From: an uncultured Ignavibacteriales bacterium
GTDB taxonomy: Bacteria; Zixibacteria; MSB-5A5; GN15; FEB-12
NCBI GenBank assembly: GCA_964489705.1
Contig: CAZAZQ010000001.1
Coordinates: forward strand, 52,503-116,502
DNA length: 64,000 bases
Reading direction: 5' to 3'
Of this stretch, positions 54,787-64,000 are shown piece by piece; the first letter of the stretch is position 1, and the number at the start of each line of letters is the position of its first letter. The notes beneath the pieces are model-generated. The model was given only the letters and a program-made list of their open reading frames with translations. It was not told where the DNA came from and did no database searches. The position numbers and the translations under genes are program-made.

Positions 54787-56463
54787 TTACTGTTTTCCAA
54801 ACGCCATAATATCTTTCTTCACCGGACCGGCTTTGATAATTTCCGGCGGACATCCGGCGCTGAATTTCTTGAAATTCTCAATAAACAGAGAAGCCAACTG
54901 GAGGTACTTCTCCCGGTACGCCTCCGGGTCACCCCAGGTTTCCACCGGATTGAGAACTTTGTCCGGCACTCCTTCGCAGTGTTTCGGAACCTGGAACCCG
55001 AAGACCGGATCGGTACGATACTCCACCTCAAGCAGGCTTCCGTCCAAGGCAGCGTTCAGCAAGGTTCGGGTATGCTGGATACTCATCCTTTTGCCGATGC
55101 CATACGGTCCGCCCGTCCAGCCGGTATTGACCAGCCAACAGTTGACATCGTACTTCATTATCTTATTCTTGAGCATCTCCGCATAGTAATACGGATGGTG
55201 CACCATGAAAGGCGCTCCAAAACAAGCGCTGAAAGTAATTTCCGGTTCTTTGCCCAAATCGACTTCCGTTCCGCTCACTTTCGAGGTGTAGCCGGAAATA
55301 AAGTGGTACATGGCTTGGTCGGGAGTCAACTTGGCAATCGGCGGCATCACACCGGAAGCGTCGCAGGTAAGCATGATAATGTTTTTCGGGTGTCCGGCGC
55401 GCTTTTCCGGGACGGCATTATCGATATAATGCAGCGGATACGCCGCGCGGGTATTTTCAGTCAACGATTCATCATCCAAATCGAGCAGCCGTGTCACCGG
55501 GTCGTAGACGACATTTTCCAGCACCGTGCCGTATTTCCGGGTGCAAGCGTAAATTTGCGGTTCCGCCGTCGGAGAAAGGGCGATAACCTTGGCGTAACAA
55601 CCGCCTTCAAAGTTGAATATCCCCTCATCGCTCCAGCCGTGCTCATCATCGCCGATAAGTTTACGCTTCGGATCGGCCGACAGGGTGGTCTTCCCCGTGC
55701 CGGACAAACCGAAGAAAAGAGCGACGTCGCCGTCTTTCCCGACGTTGGCGGAGCAGTGCATCGTCATCACGCCTTCAAGGGGCAACAGGAAATTCAACAC
55801 CGTAAAGATAGACTTTTTGATTTCGCCGCCGTAACCGGAATTGCCGATAAGGCAAAGCTTCTGGTCGAAGTTCAGCAGGATAAACGTCTTGGAAAGGGTT
55901 CCGTCAATTTGCGGCATTCCTTTGAACGAGGGCACCGCAATGACGGTAAATTCCGGCACAAACCGCCGCAGCTCGTCGCTGGTTTCCGCTTCGATGAACA
56001 TATTCCGAGCAAACAAACTGTGCCAGGCATATTCGGTGATTATCCGCACCGGGAGTCGATAGTTAGGATCGGCTCCGGCGTAACAATCTTGGACAAAGAC
56101 GTCTCGTCCTTGCAAGAACCCTTGCAAGCGGTCGAAAACAGCATTGAATTTGTCGACGCTGAAAGGACGGTTGTATTGTCCCCACCAGATTTTGTCCTCG
56201 GTGGTCGCTTCCTTGACGACGAATTTGTCGTTCGCCGAGCGGGCGGTATGTTTGCCGGTGTTGACCACAATCGGTCCCATATAGGAGAGCCTGCCCTCGG
56301 AGCGAAAGATAATCTCTTCGTAGAGCGCCTCGGTCGGAAGATTCCAATAGACATGATTGAGGTTGACCAACCCGTGGTTTTCCAAGCCGTATTCGCTTTT
56401 GGTCGCGGTGGCTTCTTTCTGAGCGGGGGTTTTGATATCTATGATGTACTGACTCATTTCCAA
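54787..56463 (-). CDS. pckA: Phosphoenolpyruvate carboxykinase (ATP)
   Basis: GLSGTGKTTLS kinase-1a motif, IGDDEHGW, and a length of 558 aa. Confidence 0.9.
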   Translation of the reverse strand: MEMSQYIIDIKTPAQKEATATKSEYGLENHGLVNLNHVYWNLPTEALYEEIIFRSEGRLSYMGPIVVNTGKHTARSANDKFVVKEATTEDKIWWGQYNRPFSVDKFNAVFDRLQGFLQGRDVFVQDCYAGADPNYRLPVRIITEYAWHSLFARNMFIEAETSDELRRFVPEFTVIAVPSFKGMPQIDGTLSKTFILLNFDQKLCLIGNSGYGGEIKKSIFTVLNFLLPLEGVMTMHCSANVGKDGDVALFFGLSGTGKTTLSADPKRKLIGDDEHGWSDEGIFNFEGGCYAKVIALSPTAEPQIYACTRKYGTVLENVVYDPVTRLLDLDDESLTENTRAAYPLHYIDNAVPEKRAGHPKNIIMLTCDASGVMPPIAKLTPDQAMYHFISGYTSKVSGTEVDLGKEPEITFSACFGAPFMVHHPYYYAEMLKNKIMKYDVNCWLVNTGWTGGPYGIGKRMSIQHTRTLLNAALDGSLLEVEYRTDPVFGFQVPKHCEGVPDKVLNPVETWGDPEAYREKYLQLASLFIENFKKFSAGCPPEIIKAGPVKKDIMAFGKQ

Positions 56464-57671
56464 TCCCTCCTCATCTTACGATCGCCGATGTAAATTTCAT
56501 TCGGGGATTCCGGATCGAGAGCCCATTTTATTCGCGCCACGCCTTCCATAATATCCTTCACCGAGCCGCAGAAGCTCAGCCGCAAATGCCCCTCGGCTCC
56601 GAATTCCTTCCCCGGCACGGTCACAACCAACGCTTTCTCCAAAAGGAACTTGGAGAGCGCCACGGAATCCTTGCTGTAGGCACTGAAATCCGGCAGGCAG
56701 TAGAAGGTGCCGTCGGGACGAGTGACGCGGACACCGTTGAAGGAGTTCAGCTCGTTCATCATCACTTCACAGTTGTTCTCCAGCATCAGGCGCAAGTTCT
56801 CCACGCCGCTCTGGATGCCGTTCAAAGCACCCGCCGCCGCCGCCTGCAACACCACTGACGGGCAGGAAGTGTTTTGGGCGGCAACATTAATCATCGCTTT
56901 GATGATTTTCCGATTGGCAATCGTCCAGCCGATCCGGAAGCCGGTCATGGCGTAGGTCTTGGACACACCGTTGATGACCACCAAGCGGGAAGAGTCGGAA
57001 TCGTCCTTGGCATACTTGTAGCACGGCACCCACGGCTTGTCACCGAAAATGAGCTTATGGTAGATGTCGTCCATAATAAGGTAGATTTTCTTTTTCTCGC
57101 AGTACTCGACAATCTCCCCGATGAGGTCTGCCGGATACATCAACCCAGACGGGTTGTTGGGACTGTTGATGATAATTGCTTTGGTATACGAGCTCACCGC
57201 TCGGGTAATATCTTCCATCCGGGGAACATAGCGACCGTCTTCGGGAGTCACAATAACCGGAATGCCGTAGACCATCTTGACGATTTCGGGATAACTGACC
57301 CAATACGGAGCCGGAATTATCACTTCATCCTGCGGGTTGATAATGGTCATCATCAAATTGTACAGCGCCTGCTTGGCACCGGCGGAGACAATGACGTTTT
57401 CCGGTCCGATGACCTTGTTGTAATGTTCCTCCGTATAGCGGATAATCGCTTTGATGAGAGAGGGAATACCTTCGGTCGGCGTATAGCGGATTTCCGCCGT
57501 GGTAAGTTTCGCCGCACTGCTCAAGATGGCATCCAGCGGCACCTTGCTCTTCGGTTCTCCGGCACCCAGGTGAATGACCGCTTCGCCGCGCTCTTTCAAG
57601 AGACGGGCTTGCTCATTCATCATCAGAGTCGGCGACTCGTTTATTTCTCTGGCAAGTTGACTGACACTCAT
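56454..57671 (-). CDS. Class I/II PLP-dependent aminotransferase (aspartate aminotransferase-like)
   Basis: LGAGEP, NPSNPSG-like INSPNNPSG, and GVSKTYAMTGFRIG with the PLP lysine. Confidence 0.85.
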   Translation of the reverse strand: MSVSQLAREINESPTLMMNEQARLLKERGEAVIHLGAGEPKSKVPLDAILSSAAKLTTAEIRYTPTEGIPSLIKAIIRYTEEHYNKVIGPENVIVSAGAKQALYNLMMTIINPQDEVIIPAPYWVSYPEIVKMVYGIPVIVTPEDGRYVPRMEDITRAVSSYTKAIIINSPNNPSGLMYPADLIGEIVEYCEKKKIYLIMDDIYHKLIFGDKPWVPCYKYAKDDSDSSRLVVINGVSKTYAMTGFRIGWTIANRKIIKAMINVAAQNTSCPSVVLQAAAAGALNGIQSGVENLRLMLENNCEVMMNELNSFNGVRVTRPDGTFYCLPDFSAYSKDSVALSKFLLEKALVVTVPGKEFGAEGHLRLSFCGSVKDIMEGVARIKWALDPESPNEIYIGDRKMRRDWK

Positions 57672-57677
57672 GGGAGA

Positions 57678-58670
57678 CTATCCTTTCATCAACATGGCAA
57701 TGGCGGTAACGTCAACGATGTCGTCGACCGAACAGCCGCGGGACAAATCATTCGCCGGTTTCGCCAGCCCTTGAATAATCGGTCCTGTGGCGACGGCGTT
57801 CGCCAACCGTTCGGTCAACTTGTAGCCGATGTTGCCGGCATCGAGATCGGGGAAAATGAGAATATTGGCATCACCGGCAATTTCGGAATCGGGAGCTTTG
57901 CGCTTGGCAACCTCCGGCACAATCGCCGCATCGACTTGAAACTCCCCGTCGGCTTTCAAATCCGGATGGTCTCGCTTGAGAATACGAAGGGCTTCGAGCA
58001 CTTTGTCGACATCTTTATGCTTGGCGGAGCCTTTGGTGGAAAACGACAACATGGCGATTTTCGGCTCTTCGCCCAACAGATTCTTCATCGTCTGTGCCGT
58101 CGAAACGGCGATGGATGCCAACTGCTCCGGGGTCGGATTGGGCACCACGGCGCAATCGGCAAACAGGAAGACCTTGTCGTGCACGTCGCGGTATTTCGGG
58201 ATGGTCATCAAGAAACAACTCGAAACCGTTCGGATACCTTCTTTCAAGCCCAAGACGTGAATGGCGGCGCGCAACACATCACCGGTCGTATTGACCGAAC
58301 CGGCGACCGAGGCGTCGGCTTTGTCGTGCCGCACCATCATGGCGCCGAAGTATAACGGGTTGGCGATTGCCTGCCGGGCTTGTTCTTCGGTTATCCCTTT
58401 GGCTTTGCGAAGTTCCATGAACTCGACAACGTAGCCGTTGAAATCAGCCGAATGAGCCGGATTGATAACTTCCACCCGGTTCAAATTCAAGCCGTACTCT
58501 TTCGCCAGCTTTTCGATTTCGCCTTCGTCTCCCAACATGGTGACCGAGGCGATGCCTTCCGAGAGAATCTTCTTGGCGGCTTGAATCATCCGCGGTTCGG
58601 TTCCCTCGGGAAGAACAACCCGGCGTTTCTTTTCTTTGGCTTTATCTTTTATTTTCGAAAGAACATTCAT
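57678..58670 (-). CDS. pta: Phosphate acetyltransferase
   Basis: RRVVLPEGTEPRMIQAA..., GAMMV..DKADA.V.GS, C-terminal LSRGCSVDDIV. AGGGAG lies 6 nt before the ATG at 58670. Confidence 0.85.
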   Translation of the reverse strand: MNVLSKIKDKAKEKKRRVVLPEGTEPRMIQAAKKILSEGIASVTMLGDEGEIEKLAKEYGLNLNRVEVINPAHSADFNGYVVEFMELRKAKGITEEQARQAIANPLYFGAMMVRHDKADASVAGSVNTTGDVLRAAIHVLGLKEGIRTVSSCFLMTIPKYRDVHDKVFLFADCAVVPNPTPEQLASIAVSTAQTMKNLLGEEPKIAMLSFSTKGSAKHKDVDKVLEALRILKRDHPDLKADGEFQVDAAIVPEVAKRKAPDSEIAGDANILIFPDLDAGNIGYKLTERLANAVATGPIIQGLAKPANDLSRGCSVDDIVDVTAIAMLMKG

Positions 58671-58693
58671 ACCATGCTCCCTTCCCATTCATT

Positions 58694-59834
58694 TTATGCG
58701 TACCCTTTTTGCGTCTGATGCGCAAGGTTCTCGTTCAATTCCGGGTTCGCCAAATACGCTTCGATGAACTGGTCGAGGTCACCGTCCATCACGGCCTGAA
58801 CGTTGCCAGTCTCCACCGAGGTGCGATGGTCTTTGACCATGTTGTACGGATGGAAGACATACGACCGGATCTGGGAACCCCATTCTATCTTCTTTTTCGC
58901 CTTTTCGAATTTCTCCATCTTTTTGGCTTCTTCTTCTTTCTTCAACTGGTACAGGCGCGCTTTCAAAACGGTAAAAGCGGCGTCTTTATTGCGGTGCTGA
59001 CTCCGCTCCGACTGGCAGGTAACGACAATGCCGGTCGGGATATGAGTAATCCGCACCGCCGAGGAGGTCTTGTTCACATGCTGTCCGCCCGCCCCAGAAG
59101 ACCGAAAAGTATCGATGCGGATTTCGTCTTCCTTTATCTCCACATCGACGTTGCCTTCAACGACCGGGTAAACATGGACGGAGGCAAAAGAGGTATGCCG
59201 CCGGGCATTGGCGTCGAACGGTGAGATACGTACCAACCGATGAACCCCGGATTCCGCTTTCAAAAAGCCGTAGGCGAACTCGCCTTTCACTCGCATCACC
59301 GCCGACTTGAGTCCGGCTTCGTCACCGGGTTGATAGTCCATCAGCTCCGCCGTGAAGTTCTTGCGCTCCACCCAGCGATTGTACATTCGAAACAGCATAT
59401 CAGCCCAGTCCTGAGATTCGGTGCCGCCCGCTCCGGGATGAATGGAAAGAATCGCATCCCGGTGATCGTCGGGACCCGACAGCAGCGCCGAAAATTCGAG
59501 TTTTTTCAGCTCGTCGTCCAATTCCGCCAAATTGCGTTCCAACTCTTTGGCGTCTTCGCCCTCGTCATCGGGATCGGCAAGCTCCAACAGCTCGTGGGTA
59601 TCTTTCAACTCACCCTTCAGCCGCTCGTACGCCTCAATCCATTTCTTATGGATTGATATTTCCTGCAAGACCGCTTGCGCCGCCTGGTTGTTATCCCAAA
59701 AGCCGGGCTTGGCGGTTTCCTCTTCCAACTTCCGAATCTTCTCTTGCCGTCCGGCGAGGTCAAAGATACCTCGCTAATTTATCCAGTCTCTTGGTCAACT
59801 GCGGAACTTTGCTTTTCAGTTCTGCAATCAGCAT
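58694..59834 (-). CDS. prfB: Peptide chain release factor 2, requiring a programmed +1 frameshift
   Basis: ATG at 59834 (AGGAGG upstream) encodes MLIAELKSKVPQLTKRLDKLARYL, then TGA. A +1 shift joins DLAGRQEKIRKLEEETAKPGFWDN... The body carries SPF and GGQ (SGAGGQHVNKT). Confidence 0.9.
59759..59765 (-). promoter_or_regulatory. RF2 autoregulatory +1 frameshift site CTT TGA C
   Basis: Minus strand reads GCG AGG TAT CTT TGA C: the canonical slippery CUU-UGA-C with an upstream SD-like AGG. Confidence 0.85.
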
Positions 59835-60038
59835 TTTGCCGTCCTCCTTAAAAAGGGGCTTCAAATATACACCTTTTCGCTTCAAAGGTCAACGACATAA
59901 AAAGAAAGCATGTTACTTTTTTCACAAAGTTTCGGCTCTTTTCCCAAATTCACAAGCGAGCCAAATATACGATTTTTCGGGAAAACAGCGCCTCCTTCCC
60001 CGTGCCCCCCCTGCCTTCCCTTATCGTCTAATTATCAC

Positions 60039-62396
60039 TTACCCTTTTAGTAGTTCCCTTTTCCGCCGGAAGTACGTCACCAGCGCTCCCAAAAGAATGA
60101 GGGTCGTGCCCACCCACACCAAATTGATTATCGGCTCTTTGGTAACGTCGAGAATCAGCGTTTCCGCTTCTTCGGGAGTATACAGCCCGGGAATACTGAC
60201 GACTACCGCTCTTTCTTCCACCAGAATCCGTTCGATGGAAATAACATACTCGTCATTCGGTCCGAAACTGGCAGGGAAATCCATAAAGCTCGAGCCGCCG
60301 TCTTCGGTTGGAACCGCCATCACGGCGGGGGCAAGGGTATCGGTCTGACCGTTATGTTCCACGACAATGTTTGCCGAGACCCGCATACTTCCTTGCATAT
60401 TGGCATGATCACCGATGGCAAAGCCGGTAAAGGTCAGAACATAGTCACCGAGCTTTTTCTTCTTCTCTTTGAGTAACTTCAGCCCTTCCGCACTCTCCGG
60501 CCGGCGCACTTGTTGGGGAGAAAAATACAAGTCGTACAGGAGTTCTTTTTTGATATAGGGCTTTTTCATAAAACCTTGCAAACGCTCGGAATAGTAGAGT
60601 TGGGGATAACCCTTCTCTACGGAGCCGTGATCCTTGAGTCCGATGATAAGCTTGTTCTTGGGGAAAGTGATGTCATGTTCCATCCCCAAGTACACTATTT
60701 CCCGTCCGAAGGCGGTACCCTTTCCTCCTTTCGGCAAAACCACCTGGGTGTTGGTACTGAACGCCGAGGAACCGAGAATGCCGATTATCATCACGCCGAA
60801 ACCGAAATGCGCAATAGGCGCTCCAGCAAGTTTCCACTGGCGGGGAAGAAAGCGGAACAAGAAAATAATATTCGAGGTTACACACATCGCCGCTACGGCA
60901 AAGAAAAGGAGATAGGAGGGGGTGCGTACTCCTACCAAGAGACTGAAAATCACCGTAACAAGCATCGCCACCAACGCCGGGAAGAGACGAGAGAACATTC
61001 CCTCCTTCATTAGATACATTGCCAGCGTCGTGACGACCACGACAAACAAAAGGGAAAAGACAATATCCGTTCCTGCCCAGAAATGAAGCAGACCGGCGAT
61101 TAAAAGAGAAGCTACGACACTTATCGCCAGCTTGAGGCGCCACTTCCGAGGGGTTTCAACCCCTCCGCCGCTGAAAGGAGACACGGTCAAGAGCAAGGCG
61201 AAAAGAATAGCAAAAGGCAGGGCAAAACTGTTATAGGTCGCCACATCCGCCGCCCGGGGCGTCATCCCGACCAGCGACGTCAACAACGGCAACGACGACC
61301 AGAATAATACTATCATGCTGAAGAGGAACAGAAGCAGCATCCCGATGAAGAGGAAGAACTCTCTCCCGTAGACATTATAATTCAAAGGGGAGCTTTCTAT
61401 CGCTCGAGAGCGCACTAAGAATAAACCCAGCGTCATAACGGTGAAGGCAATGAGGAAACCGACCAAATACGCATTACTGCCCAAATCAACAAAACTATGG
61501 ACGGAAAAATCTCCCAGTACCCCGCTCCGGGTAAGGAAAGTACCGTACACGACCAGCAGAAAAACGAAAGCCGCCAGAAGGAGGTTCGTCTTCCGCATAG
61601 CACCTTTGAGCCGCTCCAAGATAAGGCTGTGCACCAATGCCAAAGAAACAAGCCACGGCACCAACGAAGAATTTTCCACCGGGTCCCAGCCCCAATATCC
61701 GCCCCAGCCGAGGGTTTTATACGCCCAGTAGCCTCCCAAGATGTTCCCCGCCGCCAACATCAGGCTGGTTACCGTCACCCACGGGAAAGCGCGCTTAAGC
61801 CATTCGCGGTAGTCATTCTTTATCAATGCCGCCATCGCGATGGCAAATGGGACTCCAGCGGCGGCGTAGCCGACAAACATCACCGGCGGATGTACCACCA
61901 TCCACGGATCCTGCAACAAGGGATTCAAACCGGCACCGTCATGAGCATGGAACGGAAGCAACGCAAAGGGCGAAAGTTTGACCAACATCGTCAGAAAGAA
62001 AAGATTGACGAGGCTGTATACGGTCATCGCTATAGCCGTGTACTTCCCCCCGTTTCTGATGAGCACATAGCCAAAAATCACACTCAAAAACAGCCAAAGG
62101 AGATACGTCCCCTCTTGACCGCCCCAGAAGGAGGAAAGCAAGAAGAAAAAGGGAAGCGAACGATCGGAGTATTCGTAGACGTACTTGATGGAAAAATCAT
62201 GAGTAAAAAAGAGGTAAAACAAATAGATTACCGCCAAGAGGGTGGTGAAACCGAAAAGGTGGTAGCTTTTCAGGGCGAGATCGCGATACGAGTTATTACC
62301 GCGGGCGACCTTATAGAAGGCAAAGCCCGCTATGAGGTTGGCGGCAAAAGCGTACCAAATCAAAAGCTGTCCGGGAACGTGAGAGCCAACCATCAA
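60039..62396 (-). CDS. ccmF: Cytochrome c maturation haem lyase CcmF
   Basis: Many TM helices, the WWD motif WGGYWGWDPVENSSL, and a ~200-aa C-terminal soluble extension with a final TM. Confidence 0.9.
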   Translation of the reverse strand: MMVGSHVPGQLLIWYAFAANLIAGFAFYKVARGNNSYRDLALKSYHLFGFTTLLAVIYLFYLFFTHDFSIKYVYEYSDRSLPFFFLLSSFWGGQEGTYLLWLFLSVIFGYVLIRNGGKYTAIAMTVYSLVNLFFLTMLVKLSPFALLPFHAHDGAGLNPLLQDPWMVVHPPVMFVGYAAAGVPFAIAMAALIKNDYREWLKRAFPWVTVTSLMLAAGNILGGYWAYKTLGWGGYWGWDPVENSSLVPWLVSLALVHSLILERLKGAMRKTNLLLAAFVFLLVVYGTFLTRSGVLGDFSVHSFVDLGSNAYLVGFLIAFTVMTLGLFLVRSRAIESSPLNYNVYGREFFLFIGMLLLFLFSMIVLFWSSLPLLTSLVGMTPRAADVATYNSFALPFAILFALLLTVSPFSGGGVETPRKWRLKLAISVVASLLIAGLLHFWAGTDIVFSLLFVVVVTTLAMYLMKEGMFSRLFPALVAMLVTVIFSLLVGVRTPSYLLFFAVAAMCVTSNIIFLFRFLPRQWKLAGAPIAHFGFGVMIIGILGSSAFSTNTQVVLPKGGKGTAFGREIVYLGMEHDITFPKNKLIIGLKDHGSVEKGYPQLYYSERLQGFMKKPYIKKELLYDLYFSPQQVRRPESAEGLKLLKEKKKKLGDYVLTFTGFAIGDHANMQGSMRVSANIVVEHNGQTDTLAPAVMAVPTEDGGSSFMDFPASFGPNDEYVISIERILVEERAVVVSIPGLYTPEEAETLILDVTKEPIINLVWVGTTLILLGALVTYFRRKRELLKG

Positions 62397-62833
62397 GCAC
62401 CCGTCCTGCCTGCATTTTCGTTATGCTTGCGGATGTCTTGAAATTCGTTACCCTCGCTGCCTTGATACTTGGAAGGACACTTGACCAGCATTTGTTCCGC
62501 CACAAAGGTTTCCCCTTCGCTTTTACCTTTGACGACTACCGAGGTCGCCTGATCGAAGTTGCCCGGGACTACCCCGTGGTAGACAACATGGAGCTTCTCG
62601 GCATGTTCTTTATCCGGCGCTTCCGCATCGTAGATGGTAAATTCCAAGCGGGATTCCTCGGTGTTATAGTACACGTTGTCGAAATCAATTTTCCCCATCA
62701 CCTGCACTGTCCGCGTAGCGGAGCGCGCTTCGGGGATGGAAACATACTTGACGGTCGTCTTCAAAAAGGCGCTGGCACCCCAGACGATAAACAACACGAT
62801 GACGACACCGCCGATGATATATTTCACTTTCAC
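62393..62833 (-). CDS. ccmE: Haem chaperone CcmE, Cys-variant (CxxxY in place of HxxxY)
   Basis: N-terminal TM, an OB-fold body, and the C-terminal LVKCPSKYQG where proteobacterial CcmE has the haem-binding His. GTG start. Confidence 0.8.
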   Translation of the reverse strand: MKVKYIIGGVVIVLFIVWGASAFLKTTVKYVSIPEARSATRTVQVMGKIDFDNVYYNTEESRLEFTIYDAEAPDKEHAEKLHVVYHGVVPGNFDQATSVVVKGKSEGETFVAEQMLVKCPSKYQGSEGNEFQDIRKHNENAGRTGA

Positions 62834-62943
62834 TTCATTTTCTCCTCAAGCTTTTTGACTTTCTTGTCAAGCCTCAGGAGGAAGACAAAAATGCCTGTCC
62901 ATACTACGAGCGTGACAATCAGGGCAATATAGTTTCCGTCCAT
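62830..62943 (-). CDS. ccmD: Small haem exporter protein CcmD-like (37 aa, below the ORF-track cutoff)
   Basis: My own translation: MDGNYIALIVTLVVWTGIFVFLLRLDKKVKKLEEKMK. One TM plus a basic tail, placed exactly between ccmC and ccmE, with its stop overlapping the ccmE start. Confidence 0.55.
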   Translation of the reverse strand: MDGNYIALIVTLVVWTGIFVFLLRLDKKVKKLEEKMK

Positions 62944-62947
62944 ATCG

Positions 62948-63604
62948 TTACTCCTCACCTTCCACCTGATATCGTTTCAATACCGCAATTCGATACGCCA
63001 CTCGGTACATCCAGAGAAATACCGAGGTAAACGCGGCAAGCGACAAGATGAAAATCCAGCGCACCGTGGTGCCCATCGTAGACTCCAGCTCTTTGTTGAC
63101 GATAGAGTCGGTCGGATGCAACGACGGCAAGACGCGCGGCATCACAAAAATCAAGAACGGCACCGTCACGAACGCAAAAATAGCGTAAACCGCCGCCAAG
63201 GCGGCTCTCTTTTCTTCCACGCCGACCGCTCCCCGCAACGCAAAATAGGCTCCATAGATTAACAAGAGAATAAAGATAGAAGTTTCCCGCGGATCCCAAT
63301 TCCAGAACGAGCCCCAGGTGACTTTGGCGAAAATCGAACCGGTGACGGTCGCCAACAGGCAAAACATCAGCCCCAAGGCAGCGGCATTTGCCGCTTTATC
63401 GTCTTCTTTCAACCGCTTGGTCATTAAGTAGCGGAGCGAGAAAAACATCGACATGGCAAAAGCAATCACACTTATCCACGCCATCGGGATATGGTAATAG
63501 AATACCCGGCTGGCTTCACCAATCAGCTGCTGGGGAGCCGGCGTGATAAAACTCAAGACGATAACCGCCGCCATGGCAAGGTACAAAAGACTCTTCCACC
63601 ACAT
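62948..63604 (-). CDS. ccmC: Haem exporter protein CcmC
   Basis: WWD motif WGSFWNWDPRETS. MWWKSLLYLAM resembles the E. coli CcmC N-terminus, so I prefer the start at 63604; the tracked ORF starts at 63661. Confidence 0.85.
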   Translation of the reverse strand: MWWKSLLYLAMAAVIVLSFITPAPQQLIGEASRVFYYHIPMAWISVIAFAMSMFFSLRYLMTKRLKEDDKAANAAALGLMFCLLATVTGSIFAKVTWGSFWNWDPRETSIFILLLIYGAYFALRGAVGVEEKRAALAAVYAIFAFVTVPFLIFVMPRVLPSLHPTDSIVNKELESTMGTTVRWIFILSLAAFTSVFLWMYRVAYRIAVLKRYQVEGEE

Positions 63605-63709
63605 ACACTGTTTTCGTTTCGTTCTCAAAAAACGCTGTAAATTATACAGCAATAATCCCAATACGCAACAATATTTACTCTTTCAGTCGTCTTTTTATAG
63701 CGGAGCCGG

Positions 63710-64000
63710 CTACTCCTGCCAGACAAATTTGAACAACATGAGCGAGCCGACGACCATAACCACCGCATAAGCAATGAGAAACTGTATCTCCGTTTGCAGA
63801 TCCCCCAGCGCCGCCCCGTCAAAGATTTTTTCAGTAGCAACCACCAAAACCATTAGCAACGGCATCAGGATGGGAAAAGAGAGAACCGCAAATAACGCGC
63901 CTTTGACCGAGGCTTTGGCGATGATTGCCGCCACCAACGTGGTGGCGCTGCATAAACCGACCACCCCCAAGACCAAAACAATTAAAAAAGAAAACCAGCC
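63710..64000 (-). CDS. ccmB: Haem exporter permease CcmB, 3-prime part (5-prime end beyond window)
   Basis: The hydrophobic C-terminal region ...FPILMPLLMVLVV...LIAYAVVMVVGSLMLFKFVWQE lies upstream of ccmC. The ORF is open to the window edge. Confidence 0.7.
   Translation of the reverse strand, partial: GWFSFLIVLVLGVVGLCSATTLVAAIIAKASVKGALFAVLSFPILMPLLMVLVVATEKIFDGAALGDLQTEIQFLIAYAVVMVVGSLMLFKFVWQE

Overview
This is a gene-dense 64 kb bacterial chromosomal window, mostly minus-strand operons, with balanced GC apart from one sharply AT-rich islet. The host cannot be placed from sequence alone. Multihaem cytochromes, an archaeal-type HMG-CoA synthase operon and a Bacteroidota-type Hcp suggest an uncultivated anaerobe, but that is inference. 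Three regions stand out.

(1) 30.2-51.9 kb holds about 20 co-directional ORFs forming a type VI secretion-like locus: PAAR, a DUF1795/Eag-like protein, a two-ORF ClpV, TssB, TssC, a Bacteroidota-like Hcp/TssD, VgrG, TssE, TssF, TssG and TssK. I can recognise no TssA, TssJ/L/M or TssN-R membrane complex. The locus ends instead in a tail-anchored protein, a 741-aa P-loop GTPase/TM/periplasmic protein and a small secreted protein. This is my best candidate for an undescribed system variant.

(2) 10.8-20.4 kb is an extracellular-electron-transfer operon next to a TetR gene, with a shared operator-like palindrome. It encodes an MtrA-like decahaem cytochrome, an MtrB-like porin (broken by one in-frame TGA and carrying a CxxCH), and two multihaem-c/cytochrome-b fusions with 21 and 8 CxxCH motifs.

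(3) 0-5.3 kb holds a family of small secreted W/D/G/P-repeat proteins interleaved with a roughly 105-nt highly structured repeat. An AT-rich islet there carries a lipoprotein gene frameshifted at a T9 tract, and a TPR-sigma54 activator lies alongside.

The rest is housekeeping: cutA, glyA, thiolase/HMGCS/DUF35, a fused aconitase-family enzyme, radical SAM, FKBP, GH57, a glcD-like oxidase, pckA, an aminotransferase, pta, prfB with its +1 frameshift, and ccmBCDEF with a Cys-type CcmE. No rRNA, tRNA, CRISPR array or transposase was recognised. All calls rest on reading motifs by eye; no searches or computations were run.
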